DNA from: Candidatus Hydrogenedentota bacterium
Lineage (GTDB): Bacteria; Hydrogenedentota; Hydrogenedentia; Hydrogenedentales; JAEUWI01
NCBI GenBank assembly: GCA_019637335.1
Contig: JAHBVV010000018.1
Location: forward strand, 64,107 to 128,106
DNA length: 64,000 bases
Direction: 5' to 3'
Shown: positions 1 to 8,472 of the stretch, piece by piece
Layout: the number at the start of each line of letters is the position of its first letter
How positions within the stretch are numbered: position 1 is the first letter of the stretch
The notes under the pieces: model-generated
Seen by the model: only the letters and a program-made list of their open reading frames with translations
Database searches by the model: none
What the model was told of the DNA's origin: nothing
Position numbers and translations under genes: made by a program

Positions 1-5
1 TCCCC

Positions 6-668
6 GTGCAAGACGGCGCCTTCGACTTGCTGCTCTACGACAACACGGGCGCTCTCGCCGAGACGGTGACCGTGCCCATCACCGCGGGCGCGACCTCGCT
101 CAACGATGTCGCCGCCGCGATCAACGGATCCGCCAACGCCACGGCCACCATCACCAACGGCATCCTCGAAATCACGCCCAACGCGGGCTTCACCTTCACC
201 TTTGCCAACGACACGAGCAATTACCTCGCCGCCACGGGGACCAACGGCCTGTTCACCGGCAACAGCGCCCGAAACATGCGCGTGAGCCAGCACCTGGTCG
301 ACAACCCCGCGCTGCTCAGCTCCGGCGACAGCCCCAACCTCCTCGAAACCGGGGACAACGACATCGCGCTCGAGATGGCGGCCCTGCGCAACCGGCAGTT
401 CCTCTCCGGCGGCACGGAGTCGCTCAACGACTTCTACGAATCCACGGTCGTGCAGCTGGGCATCGAGGCCCGCGCCAACCTGGATCGCCGCCAGACCCAG
501 ATCTCGGTTATCAACGACCTCAACCTCCGCCGCCAGGAAGTCTCCGGGGTCAACCTGGACGAGGAAGTGACCACGCTCATCCAGGTGCAGAAGGCCTTCG
601 ACGCCTCCGCCCGCGTCATCACCGTGACGGATCGCATGCTCGACACCCTCCTCGGCGTCGTCCGGTAG
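6..668 (+). CDS. flgK: Flagellar hook-associated protein 1 (FlgK), C-terminal fragment; 5' end truncated by the window
   Basis: The C-terminal motif GVNLDEE..LIQ.QKAFDASARVI..DRMLDTLL is the conserved FlgK/FlgE-family C-terminal helix. The ORF runs in from the window edge. Confidence 0.65.
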   Translation: MQDGAFDLLLYDNTGALAETVTVPITAGATSLNDVAAAINGSANATATITNGILEITPNAGFTFTFANDTSNYLAATGTNGLFTGNSARNMRVSQHLVDNPALLSSGDSPNLLETGDNDIALEMAALRNRQFLSGGTESLNDFYESTVVQLGIEARANLDRRQTQISVINDLNLRRQEVSGVNLDEEVTTLIQVQKAFDASARVITVTDRMLDTLLGVVR

Positions 669-836
669 CGCCCGGCCCCCCGCCAGGGCGATCGCATTTG
701 AACTTCCAACCCGAGCCGAGGGCCATATGAACCACCTTCAATGGTAAAAGGGCGCGTGTTGGAGCGCTGGAATTTCGCCTGCGGCGAATCCCGGACCTTG
801 CCGGCACCGATGCCGGCGCTCCAAAACGCTCACTTT

Positions 837-1630
837 CGTTGATTCGTAACATTTTGGTCGCCTGAAGCAGCGCCTCCCGTGGACCGCATTATTTGCCCAC
901 GGATAACGCAGGGCAGCCTCTGCCCGCAACCAAAGATAATGATCACCACGAAGGGCACGAAGACCACGAAGAGAAGAAGTTCGAGAAGGAGTGGTATTCA
1001 CGCGTAGGCGCGATAACGCAGCTGAATTGGCGCAGGCTTTATGTCTGGTTGAAGAGAGAGAACCACGAATTCACACGAATGGACACGAATGAACATTCGT
1101 AACACTTCAGCGGAATGAAGCACCCAACGCCTTGGAGGCGATTCTCGGTCAAGACGGGCGTGAATAGCCGGATCGCGTACATTTCGCGGCAACGGAAGCT
1201 CGGGAAATAGAATGACGTAGGAGGTTTGGAATGGAATCCCGGCGTCCCCAGGAGCGGAAAGCATTGTGGACCCGCGCCTCTTCACATACACGTCGATCAC
1301 GATATCTCTCGCGCTCGTCCTGCCGCGGACATGGATGTCCGCGATCCTTTGCGCCTTTCGGCGCATTGGACAGGCGGGACGCCTATCCTACATTTGCGCC
1401 TTTCGGCGCTGAACACAGCCGGGACGCCCGCCTCCGGCGCGTCGTGGAGCTGTGCCACTTTCCTTGCGAGGTGGTTTTGCCGGGGTGAGGGGAACTTTTG
1501 GAGGTGGGCTCACGTTGCCGCAGGCAAGAATTCCCGCGATCCTTTGCCGCGCTTCCTCGTTATCAACGGTCCGTTCGTGCTGTTTCCGCGTGTTGCTGCT
1601 TCAGGCGGCTAAAATGTTACGTTGATTCAA
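837..1630. repeat. Composite intergenic repeat element, copy A (MITE-like; imperfect terminal inverted repeats about 30 bp)
   Basis: Module 1 cgttgattcgtaacattttggtcgcctgaagcagcg at 837-872, with its inverse at 1595-1630. Internal modules atgatcaccacgaagggcacgaagaccacgaagag (938-972) and accacgaattcacacgaatggacacgaatgaac (1062-1095). Tandem gcgcctttcggcgc hairpins at 1351-1409. Confidence 0.5.
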
Positions 1631-1751
1631 GGTTCCGAATCGACTCAATATTACGCCCATTTACCGAGATCGAGTCTAAATGCGATTGCCCTGGCCCCCC
1701 GCGCCTTTATCCCCGCCGCGCCCCTGTGGCACAATACCCTCCCTTCAATCG

Positions 1752-1836
1752 CGGCGCCGTGACTGGCGACTTGGCGTGGAATCAACCACGAGGAAACGGG
1801 CCGCGTTGCATGTTGTGCCGCCGCTCGCCTGGGCCT
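1752..1836 (+). ncRNA. ZTP (pfl-motif) riboswitch candidate
   Basis: Core elements are visible: GUGACUGGCG (1759-1768), GGCGUGGAA-N3-ACCACGAGG (1773-1793) and the 3' pseudoknot partner CGCCUGGGC (1824-1832). It lies immediately 5' of a purH-family gene, the canonical ZTP regulon context. Confidence 0.55.
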
Positions 1837-1872
1837 GGAAGGGCGCGGGAAGGATGCGCCCTTCTGGTTTGA
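1837..1872 (+). terminator. Putative expression-platform hairpin / intrinsic terminator of the ZTP riboswitch
   Basis: aagggcgc-gggaaggat-gcgccctt stem-loop followed by ctggttt. The 5' arm overlaps the pseudoknot strand, so ligand-dependent competition is plausible. Confidence 0.35.
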
Positions 1873-1894
1873 CCGACACCAAAGGAGCATTCCC

Positions 1895-3013
1895 ATGGCC
1901 GATCAGGATCTCAAGCAGATGTACCGCACGCGCACCGAGGGCGAATTCCCCGATGCCTTCGAACTCCTCGGGCGCGCGTATGAAAAGGTGGAAAACCTCC
2001 GCTACGGCACCAACCCGCACCAGCCCGCCGCCTTCTACCGCCCCGCCGATGGCCAGAGCCTCGTGCTCGGGCGCTACGAAATCCTCAAGACCGGCAAGAG
2101 CGGCCTCTCCCAGACCAACCTGGAAGACATGCAGCACGCCATCGGCATCCTCAAGTACATGCAGCGCCCCGCCTGCGCCGTGATGAAACACTGCAATCCC
2201 AGCGGCGTGGCCATTCAGGTCGATGGCCAGTCCCTGGTCACCGTGTACGAGCGCGCGCGCGACGCCGACGCCCAGGCCGCCTTCGGCAGCGTCGTAGTCT
2301 TCAACACCGAAGTGGACGAAGCCACGGCCGCCGCCATCATGGAGACGATCGTGGAAGGGGTCGCCGCGCCGTCCTTCACCGAGGGCGCCCTGGCCGCCCT
2401 GAACGACTTCGACCGCTTCAAGCGCAACAAGGAGATCCGGGTCATCCGGGTCCCCGAGTTCTCGACGCTGCCCAAGTACATCGACGAGGCCGCGCGCGGC
2501 TACGAGATGAAGATCTTCGACGACGGCAGCATCGTCCTGGCGCAGCCCTACCTCTCGCGCGTCAAGACCGCCGCCGACCTCGTCCCGGCCTACAACGAGC
2601 ACGCGAAAAAGGGCCGTATCGACATCGCGCGCCAGCCCACCGAACGCGAACTCGACGACCTCCTCTTCGCCTGGTACGTTAACATCCATGTCCGCAGCAA
2701 CGGCGTCGTCATCGCGAAGAACGGCCAGACCCTGGCCGTCGGCACCGGCGAACAGGACCGCGTCGGGGCCGTGCAGCAGGCGATTATCAAGGCCGGCCAG
2801 AAATACCAGGGCGACGAGACGCTCGACGGCGCCGTGATGTCCTCCGACGGTTTCTTCCCCTTCCGCGACGCCGTCGACGCCGTCACCGCCGCCGGCATCC
2901 GCGCCATCGTGCAGCCGGGCGGCAGCGTCAACGACTACGACGCCATCACGGCCTGCAACGAAGCCGGCGCCACCATGGTCTTCAGCCTCGAGCGCTGCTT
3001 CTCGCACCACTGA
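1895..3013 (+). CDS. purH: AICAR transformylase domain protein (PurH family; no N-terminal IMP cyclohydrolase/MGS domain)
   Basis: LRYGTNPHQ.AAFY motif and C-terminal ...FSHH end are typical of the PurH AICARFT domain. RBS aaaggag sits 8 nt upstream of the ATG. Length 372 aa versus about 520 aa for a bifunctional PurH. Confidence 0.8.
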   Translation: MADQDLKQMYRTRTEGEFPDAFELLGRAYEKVENLRYGTNPHQPAAFYRPADGQSLVLGRYEILKTGKSGLSQTNLEDMQHAIGILKYMQRPACAVMKHCNPSGVAIQVDGQSLVTVYERARDADAQAAFGSVVVFNTEVDEATAAAIMETIVEGVAAPSFTEGALAALNDFDRFKRNKEIRVIRVPEFSTLPKYIDEAARGYEMKIFDDGSIVLAQPYLSRVKTAADLVPAYNEHAKKGRIDIARQPTERELDDLLFAWYVNIHVRSNGVVIAKNGQTLAVGTGEQDRVGAVQQAIIKAGQKYQGDETLDGAVMSSDGFFPFRDAVDAVTAAGIRAIVQPGGSVNDYDAITACNEAGATMVFSLERCFSHH

Positions 3014-3169
3014 TCCGCGCCCCCGGGCTGGTGGCGAAATTTCCGCCGGCCCGGGGGGCTCCATGCTCGCTCCGTCTTTTCGCCAACGTGTTACTTTTGT
3101 CGTAACACTTTAGCCGTCTGAAGTAGGGCGTTCGCCGATACGAGAATCCTTACTTACAAAGGATGTATT

Positions 3170-3256
3170 CGTCATTCCCGCGAAGGCGGGAATCCAGAGG
3201 GTTTGCGAGGTTAACGTTGCATGGTCTCTGGATCCCCACTTTCGTGGGGATGACGG
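3170..3256. repeat. REP-like palindromic hairpin pair (VIPAKAGIQ-type repeat)
   Basis: Two hairpins: cattcccgcgaaggcgggaatcc and ggatccccactttcgtggggatgac. The same family recurs at 8148-8440. Confidence 0.6.
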
Positions 3257-3393
3257 TGCTCGATCACCGAGAGCCGCCACCGTTGGGTGCGACGAGGGCG
3301 ACTACTTCATACGGCTAAAGTTTTACCTTTTGTCTTTGTTTCCTTGCGGGTGCTGTGCTTCAATAGGGTGGAAACCTCGGGAGGATCGTTGCC

Positions 3394-4794
3394 ATGAAAC
3401 GTGTAGCCACGCTTCTTGTGTTGTTGTTTACGGCGATACCGGTCTGGGCGGGGCCGGCGGTGGTGGAAAAGCACAGCGTGCCGCTGGCGTCGGTGCGGGA
3501 CCGAATTCCGTGCGCGTTTTTCCAGCCCGATTTTTTGCATGGGGACAGCAATTACCACTCGCTGGTGTCGGCGTCGGACGGGAACCTTTATTTTTCGATC
3601 GACACGCACAACACGGACTATGCCTGCCGGTTTTACCGCTTCGATCCAAAGACGGAGACGATGACGACGATCGCGGCGATGGACGCGCCGGCGGGGGAGG
3701 ACGCGACGCGGGAGATATCGCAGGGGAAGATCCATGTGCCGTTCTACGAGCACGGGGGCAAGCTGTATTTTGCGACGCACCTGTCGTTCTACCAGGATGG
3801 CCTGCCGGGCTATGACGCGGGGGGAAAGCCGCTGTACCAGGGGGGGCTCTTCATGTCGTACGACCTGGCGTCGGGAGACTTCGAGACGCTGGCGCGCGTG
3901 CTGCCGGACGAGGGGATCATCACGTGCCTGCTGGACCCGAAGCGGGAGGTGCTGTACGGGCTGACGTGGCCGTCGGCGCTGCTGGTCTCGTATGACCTGA
4001 AGGCGGGCGCGCTGCATTCGTGGGGCGCGGTGCAGGGCCGGGGCGAATGGGGCCACCACCCGGAGGAGTGGGACCGCGTATGCCGGACACTGGCGCTGGA
4101 GCCGAACGGGAACCTCTACGGATCGACGATGGACGGGCGGATCTGGCGCTTCGAGCCGGACAAGCGCCCGCGTCCGCTGTCGTACATCGAGGGCCTCGAT
4201 CTAAAACAGCTGACCTTTTCGCAGTCGGCGAAGGAGACGCTGAAGGGGAATTTCCAGTACAACTGGCGGGTGGTGGAGTGGAACCCGGCGACGGAGAGCT
4301 TCTTCGGGGTGCAGTGGGAGACGACGGCGCTGTTCGAGTTTGTGCCCGATCAGGAGTACCTGCGCGCGCTGTGCGATTTCCGGCACGACGCCTATAAGGG
4401 CATGCCGCGGAATCCGGAGATCAGCCAGCTGGGTTTTGTGCTGGCGCCCGACAACAACACGATCCTCTACCTGGCGAACGGGCCGGCCGTGACCGTGCCG
4501 GGGCGTCCCGAGGTGCAGTCGGGCCTGTGGCTGCTGACCTACGACATTGCGGCGGGAACGATGAAGAACCACGGACTGGTGATCGGCCCGGAGGACCGGC
4601 GTCCGTTCTTCACGGAGAGCCTGGTGATCGGCGCGGACGAGCGGTTGTACACCGTGGCGTGGACCGAGGTGATCGATCCGGCGCGCCGCGCGCAGATCGG
4701 CGAGGCGCGGGCCTTCGGTCCCGAGGAGACGGAGCGGATGGTCTACGAGATCCAGCTGGTGCGGCTTCCGAAATGGCGGAAATTCGCGCGCTGA
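3394..4794 (+). CDS. Secreted hypothetical protein (signal peptide; beta-propeller-like repeats likely)
   Basis: RBS gggagga; N-terminal MKRVATLLVLLFTAIPVWA signal peptide; 466 aa with coding-like codon bias; no recognisable catalytic motif. Confidence 0.6.
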   Translation: MKRVATLLVLLFTAIPVWAGPAVVEKHSVPLASVRDRIPCAFFQPDFLHGDSNYHSLVSASDGNLYFSIDTHNTDYACRFYRFDPKTETMTTIAAMDAPAGEDATREISQGKIHVPFYEHGGKLYFATHLSFYQDGLPGYDAGGKPLYQGGLFMSYDLASGDFETLARVLPDEGIITCLLDPKREVLYGLTWPSALLVSYDLKAGALHSWGAVQGRGEWGHHPEEWDRVCRTLALEPNGNLYGSTMDGRIWRFEPDKRPRPLSYIEGLDLKQLTFSQSAKETLKGNFQYNWRVVEWNPATESFFGVQWETTALFEFVPDQEYLRALCDFRHDAYKGMPRNPEISQLGFVLAPDNNTILYLANGPAVTVPGRPEVQSGLWLLTYDIAAGTMKNHGLVIGPEDRRPFFTESLVIGADERLYTVAWTEVIDPARRAQIGEARAFGPEETERMVYEIQLVRLPKWRKFAR

Positions 4795-5016
4795 ACGCGC
4801 TCGGCCTCCGCCGAATCCCTGACCGTGCCGGCAGAGATGCCGGCGCTCCAGCGGCGCGACATTTTCCCACGATTCGCAGCCTGTATGTCTCCAAGCCGCC
4901 GTCACCCGTTGCAATGCGATTGCCCCGCGGGCTTCGCTGGACTCCCCCGGTTGGGGTGGGCTATCGTGGTGCTTCCCGCCGCCCGATCGCGGGCGCCCCG
5001 ACCAGGAGAGAAGACC

Positions 5017-6411
5017 ATGAAATGGACCGCACTCATGCTAGCCGCATCCCTCACCGCAACGCTTGGATCCGCCGCGCAGGAAAAACAGATCACCTTCACG
5101 CCGAAGAACCACGATCTGGACAACAACGACAACTTTTCGCCGGACGGGCGCTTTCTGTGTTACGACACGCGGAACATGGTGGGCCCGGGGATCGACAACG
5201 GGCAGTCGATCGAGCTCGTGGAGGTGGCGACGGGCGTGGAGACGCTGCTGTACAAGCCGGTGGTCTCGGTCACTGGCGAGCGGCCCGCGCCGGGCGTGGG
5301 CGCGGTGTCCTTTTCCGGCGCGGCGAACGAAGTGGCGTTTATTCACGGGCCGCCGGTGGACCAGCTCGACTCGCGGGGTCCCTACGGCAAGCCCAACCGG
5401 CAGGGCGCCTGCGTACGGACGGATGGATCGAGCCCGGCGGCGGCGCGCGGGGGCTATGAGATGCACTGGCTGGACCACCGGGACATCGCGGCGGACCGGG
5501 ACACGCTCCCGGGGGCGCACCGCGGGGGCACGCACCGGCACGAGTACACGCTGGACGGGAAGCGGATCGGGTTTACGTACAACGATTTTCTCATGCCGGA
5601 GTACGATCGGACCGTGGGCTATATGGCGCCGCATCCGGACGCGCCGGGTGGGGCGACGCATTATTTCGCGAACCTGGTTCCGATCGTGCCGCTGGGCGCG
5701 GCGAAGCCGGGGGAGCTGGAGCATGCGTCGAAGGACTCGTGGGTGGGGCGCGAAGGGCTGATGCGGGCGTTCGTGGGGACCGTGCGGAACGCGGACGGGG
5801 AGACGTACGAGAATTCGCTGTTCATCATCGACATCCCGGCGGACGTGGACATCACCACGGCGGATTCCGGGAGCGCGACGCGGTATCCCGGGCCGCCGGA
5901 AGGCACGCGGATCCGGCGGCTGACGCATACGTGGGCGGATGGCACGGTGCGCGGCAGCTTCGATGGGTCGCGGGTGGCCTATTTCGCGAAGGCGCCGGAC
6001 GGCACGACCCAGGTGTTCGTGATTCCTTCGGACGGGTCGGATCAGTCGGAGGATCCGGCGAAGCGGCCGCGCCAGGCGACGTTCCTGCCCGAGGGTTCGG
6101 CGGACGGCCTGCGCTGGCACCCGTCGGGGAACACGGTGTTCAGCATCAGCAACAACGGGATCGTGGCGACGTGCGTGCAGGAGGGCCCGCTGTTCGGGCG
6201 GTCGGTGTTTCTCACGCCGCAGGGCGACGCGCCGGAACGGCTCAAGCTGACCAGCGCGCAGGACGGGACGATGCTCGCCTTTAACAAGCCGGTCCCGACG
6301 AAGGATGAAGAAGGGAACCTGGTGAAGGCGTATGACGGGACGGATCTGTTGCAGATATTCGTGCTGCCGTTTCCGGATGCGGACGGGGACGGGATTGTGG
6401 ATGGGCTTTAG
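5017..6411 (+). CDS. Secreted hypothetical protein with C-terminal D-x-D-G-D calcium-binding/dockerin-like motif
   Basis: Start chosen at MKWTALMLAASLTATLGSAAQ (signal peptide), preceded by aggagag RBS. C-terminus DADGDGIVDGL. The longer upstream ORF extension lacks an RBS. Confidence 0.6.
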   Translation: MKWTALMLAASLTATLGSAAQEKQITFTPKNHDLDNNDNFSPDGRFLCYDTRNMVGPGIDNGQSIELVEVATGVETLLYKPVVSVTGERPAPGVGAVSFSGAANEVAFIHGPPVDQLDSRGPYGKPNRQGACVRTDGSSPAAARGGYEMHWLDHRDIAADRDTLPGAHRGGTHRHEYTLDGKRIGFTYNDFLMPEYDRTVGYMAPHPDAPGGATHYFANLVPIVPLGAAKPGELEHASKDSWVGREGLMRAFVGTVRNADGETYENSLFIIDIPADVDITTADSGSATRYPGPPEGTRIRRLTHTWADGTVRGSFDGSRVAYFAKAPDGTTQVFVIPSDGSDQSEDPAKRPRQATFLPEGSADGLRWHPSGNTVFSISNNGIVATCVQEGPLFGRSVFLTPQGDAPERLKLTSAQDGTMLAFNKPVPTKDEEGNLVKAYDGTDLLQIFVLPFPDADGDGIVDGL

Positions 6412-6574
6412 GGTGAAGGGTGAAGGTGCGGCACGTCCGCCGCAGGCGGAAAGGGAGAAGAATTGGGCGACTTGACAGAATATTCCATACAAGTTATATT
6501 TGGGGTGTAGGAGATCGTTGAAGTCGCGGTGCGGGTGGCGCGCTCGATTTGGCGGGCTTGTGAGGAGCGGCGGG

Positions 6575-6934
6575 TTGATTCTTACGAAGCGGGAGCGGTT
6601 TGAGCGTTTTCTCGAATGGCTCCGGGTTGCGCCGCCAGCGGATTCTTTTGAAGGCGCGTATGCGCTGGTTTGCACGACCTTGAATGCGGTGGAAGACGCG
6701 TTCAGCGGTATTCCCTATGCGCCGGAGCGCTGGCAGAGTGACGGGCGGTTGTACCCCCCGCAGCTGGACAGCCTGCGCCCCGGGCGCAGCAATGAGCGTG
6801 TTACGTGTCTTCGCAGCCGCGCGCACTACCTGTATATCGGTGACAATGGCGCAATCGAAATTCAGACGATTCCGGCGGGTGACGTAATACTTCAGAAGCC
6901 GGGCGTGGACGGATTGGGATTATGGAAGTCGTGA
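6575..6934 (+). CDS. Hypothetical small protein, first gene of a two-gene module
   Basis: In-frame TTG at 6575 preceded by gaggag at 6-nt spacing. Overlaps the next gene by 13 nt. No recognisable domain. Confidence 0.3.
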   Translation: MILTKRERFERFLEWLRVAPPADSFEGAYALVCTTLNAVEDAFSGIPYAPERWQSDGRLYPPQLDSLRPGRSNERVTCLRSRAHYLYIGDNGAIEIQTIPAGDVILQKPGVDGLGLWKS

Positions 6935-7494
6935 ATGAGTTGAACAGCGCGCTGCCGGCGCCCGATCGGCTGCGGGAACTGACCAGGCTGCTTTCCGGCC
7001 GCTTTCCGGAGGCGCGCATTGCGCTGGACGACCCGGCGGATCCGGCGGGCGTCTGGTATGCCGATATCGTGCTCCACGACCACCATGTTGTAGTTCAATG
7101 GCATGCGGATCACGGATTCGGCATTTCGAGCGGGGTGGACCACGCCTTCGGCGAGGGCGCCGACGAGGTCTATCAGGAGGTGGAGGCGGCGTATGGGCGC
7201 TTGGTTTCCCTGCTGATTTCCGGTGGGTATACGGCGCCGCCGCCCTTGCGCCTGGGCGCGCTTCGAAAGGTCTTGGGGGTATCTCAGGAAGCGCTTGCAC
7301 AGGATTTGAATGTCCGGCAGGCGGCCATCTCGAAACTGGAGCGGCGGGAGGATCTCCTGCTGAGCACCTTGCAGTCGGTGGTCCGCGCGCTTGGCGGCGA
7401 GTTGCATGTAACCGCGCGCTTTCCTGGAGGTCGGGAGCACCGGCTGGAATTCTCCGAGCCGTCGCGATCCTCGCGGGAGCACGGTGGTTCCTGA
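6922..7494 (+). CDS. XRE-family helix-turn-helix protein with an N-terminal unknown domain
   Basis: The C-terminal half has LRKVLGVSQEALAQDLNVRQAAISKLER, the HTH_XRE signature. Translationally coupled to the upstream small ORF. Confidence 0.5.
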   Translation: MEVVNELNSALPAPDRLRELTRLLSGRFPEARIALDDPADPAGVWYADIVLHDHHVVVQWHADHGFGISSGVDHAFGEGADEVYQEVEAAYGRLVSLLISGGYTAPPPLRLGALRKVLGVSQEALAQDLNVRQAAISKLERREDLLLSTLQSVVRALGGELHVTARFPGGREHRLEFSEPSRSSREHGGS

Positions 7495-7643
7495 ATCGAG
7501 AGCAGGGTGGGAACGGGGTCTCGCCCGTTGTCTTCGTGCTTACAGGTTTAAAGAAACTGCTGGCGCGGGGCGGGTCTTTGTGCTATAAGGATAGGATAGG
7601 GCAGGGCGTTGGGGCTTCGGGAAACGGGTTGAGGAGTGAAACG

Positions 7644-8117
7644 ATGGCTGCGCCGGAAAAACTTCAGCATTACGCGTCGAGGATCCGAATTTTCAACGGT
7701 TTGACGGTGGAGGAGGTGGATTACATCCTGCATTGCGGGAAGATCATCCATTTCCGGGAGGGGCAGACGGTGTTTCACGAGGGGATGCTGGGGAGCAACC
7801 TGTTCGTGATCCTGAGCGGGAAGGTGGCGATCTACAAGAAGAAGCGCCTGATCGCGCATTGCAAGGTGGGGGATGCGTTCGGGGAGATGGCGGTGCTGAA
7901 TCAGCGACCGCGATCGGCGACGGCGGCGGCGCGGGAGGATGTGAAGCTGTTCACGCTGGATGAACGGCAGATCAATGAGATCCTGGACAAGGCGGTGGCG
8001 GTGAAGCTGCTGTTGAACGTGATCCATGTGTTGAGCGAGCGGCTGGAGAATGCAAACCATATTATCGCGCAGCTGAAGGACGAGAAGAGCGAATTTGACC
8101 GGTCGGGCGGGGCCTGA
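7644..8117 (+). CDS. Stand-alone cyclic-nucleotide-binding domain protein
   Basis: gaggag RBS. FREGQTVFHEGMLGSNLFVILSGKV...GDAFGEMAVL matches the cNMP-binding/CAP effector domain. No DNA-binding domain follows (157 aa). Confidence 0.65.
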   Translation: MAAPEKLQHYASRIRIFNGLTVEEVDYILHCGKIIHFREGQTVFHEGMLGSNLFVILSGKVAIYKKKRLIAHCKVGDAFGEMAVLNQRPRSATAAAREDVKLFTLDERQINEILDKAVAVKLLLNVIHVLSERLENANHIIAQLKDEKSEFDRSGGA

Positions 8118-8147
8118 CCGTTGACAGTTGGCGAAGGGTGAAGACGA

Positions 8148-8440
8148 CCGTCATTCCCGCGAATGGGGCTGTCGCTTTAACTGGTGCGGACGCCTCAAAA
8201 CCTCCAAGTTTGTGCTGCTGTCCTACAACGTCATTCCCGCGAAAGCGGGAATCCAGTGGAAGTCGGAGGTTTGTGCGATCGCGTTGCTGGATCCCCGCGT
8301 TCGCGGGGATGACGGAACTGCTCATTCCTTCCATAGTGTAGGGTGAGTTAAGTAAATCGACAGCCCCGAAAGAGGGAATCCAGAGGATTTCAGCTTTCGC
8401 ATTTCTGGATCTCCGCGGTCGCAGCGATGACGGTTGCCTT
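8148..8440. repeat. Cluster of REP-like palindromic hairpin repeats (VIPAKAGIQ-type)
   Basis: At least four hairpin units: gtcattcccgcgaaagcgggaatccag, ggatccccgcgttcgcggggatgac, and degenerate copies. Same family as 3170-3256. Confidence 0.6.
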
Positions 8441-8472
8441 GGTTGAGGCTGTGAAGCCATGGGCTGTTGGGA

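Noticed and set aside
893-1102. 69-aa ORF encoding the His/Glu-rich peptide DHHEGHEDHEEKKFEKE.
   Set aside because: It lies entirely within the dispersed repeat element. The same DNA occurs in copies B and C in other frames and orientations. It is treated as repeat DNA, not a gene.
1621-1640. tRNA T-arm-like sequence ggttccgaatcgact.
   Set aside because: No acceptor stem, D-arm or anticodon arm can be formed from flanking sequence. It is part of the repeat terminal region.
1745-3064. 439-aa antisense ORF covering the purH-like gene. Similar long antisense ORFs exist at 5038..6675, 26518..29625, 34635..36659, 47885..50527 and 55934..57553.
   Set aside because: The opposite strands carry proteins with clear family signatures (PurH, NarG, NarK, cytochromes, CrtI). 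In a 66% GC genome stop-free antisense frames are expected. The products are Arg/Pro/Gly-rich low-complexity with no motifs.
8128-8346. Small ORFs encoding VIPAKAGIQ / IPAFAGMT peptides.
   Set aside because: These are translations of REP-like palindromic hairpins, a classic source of spurious hypothetical proteins.
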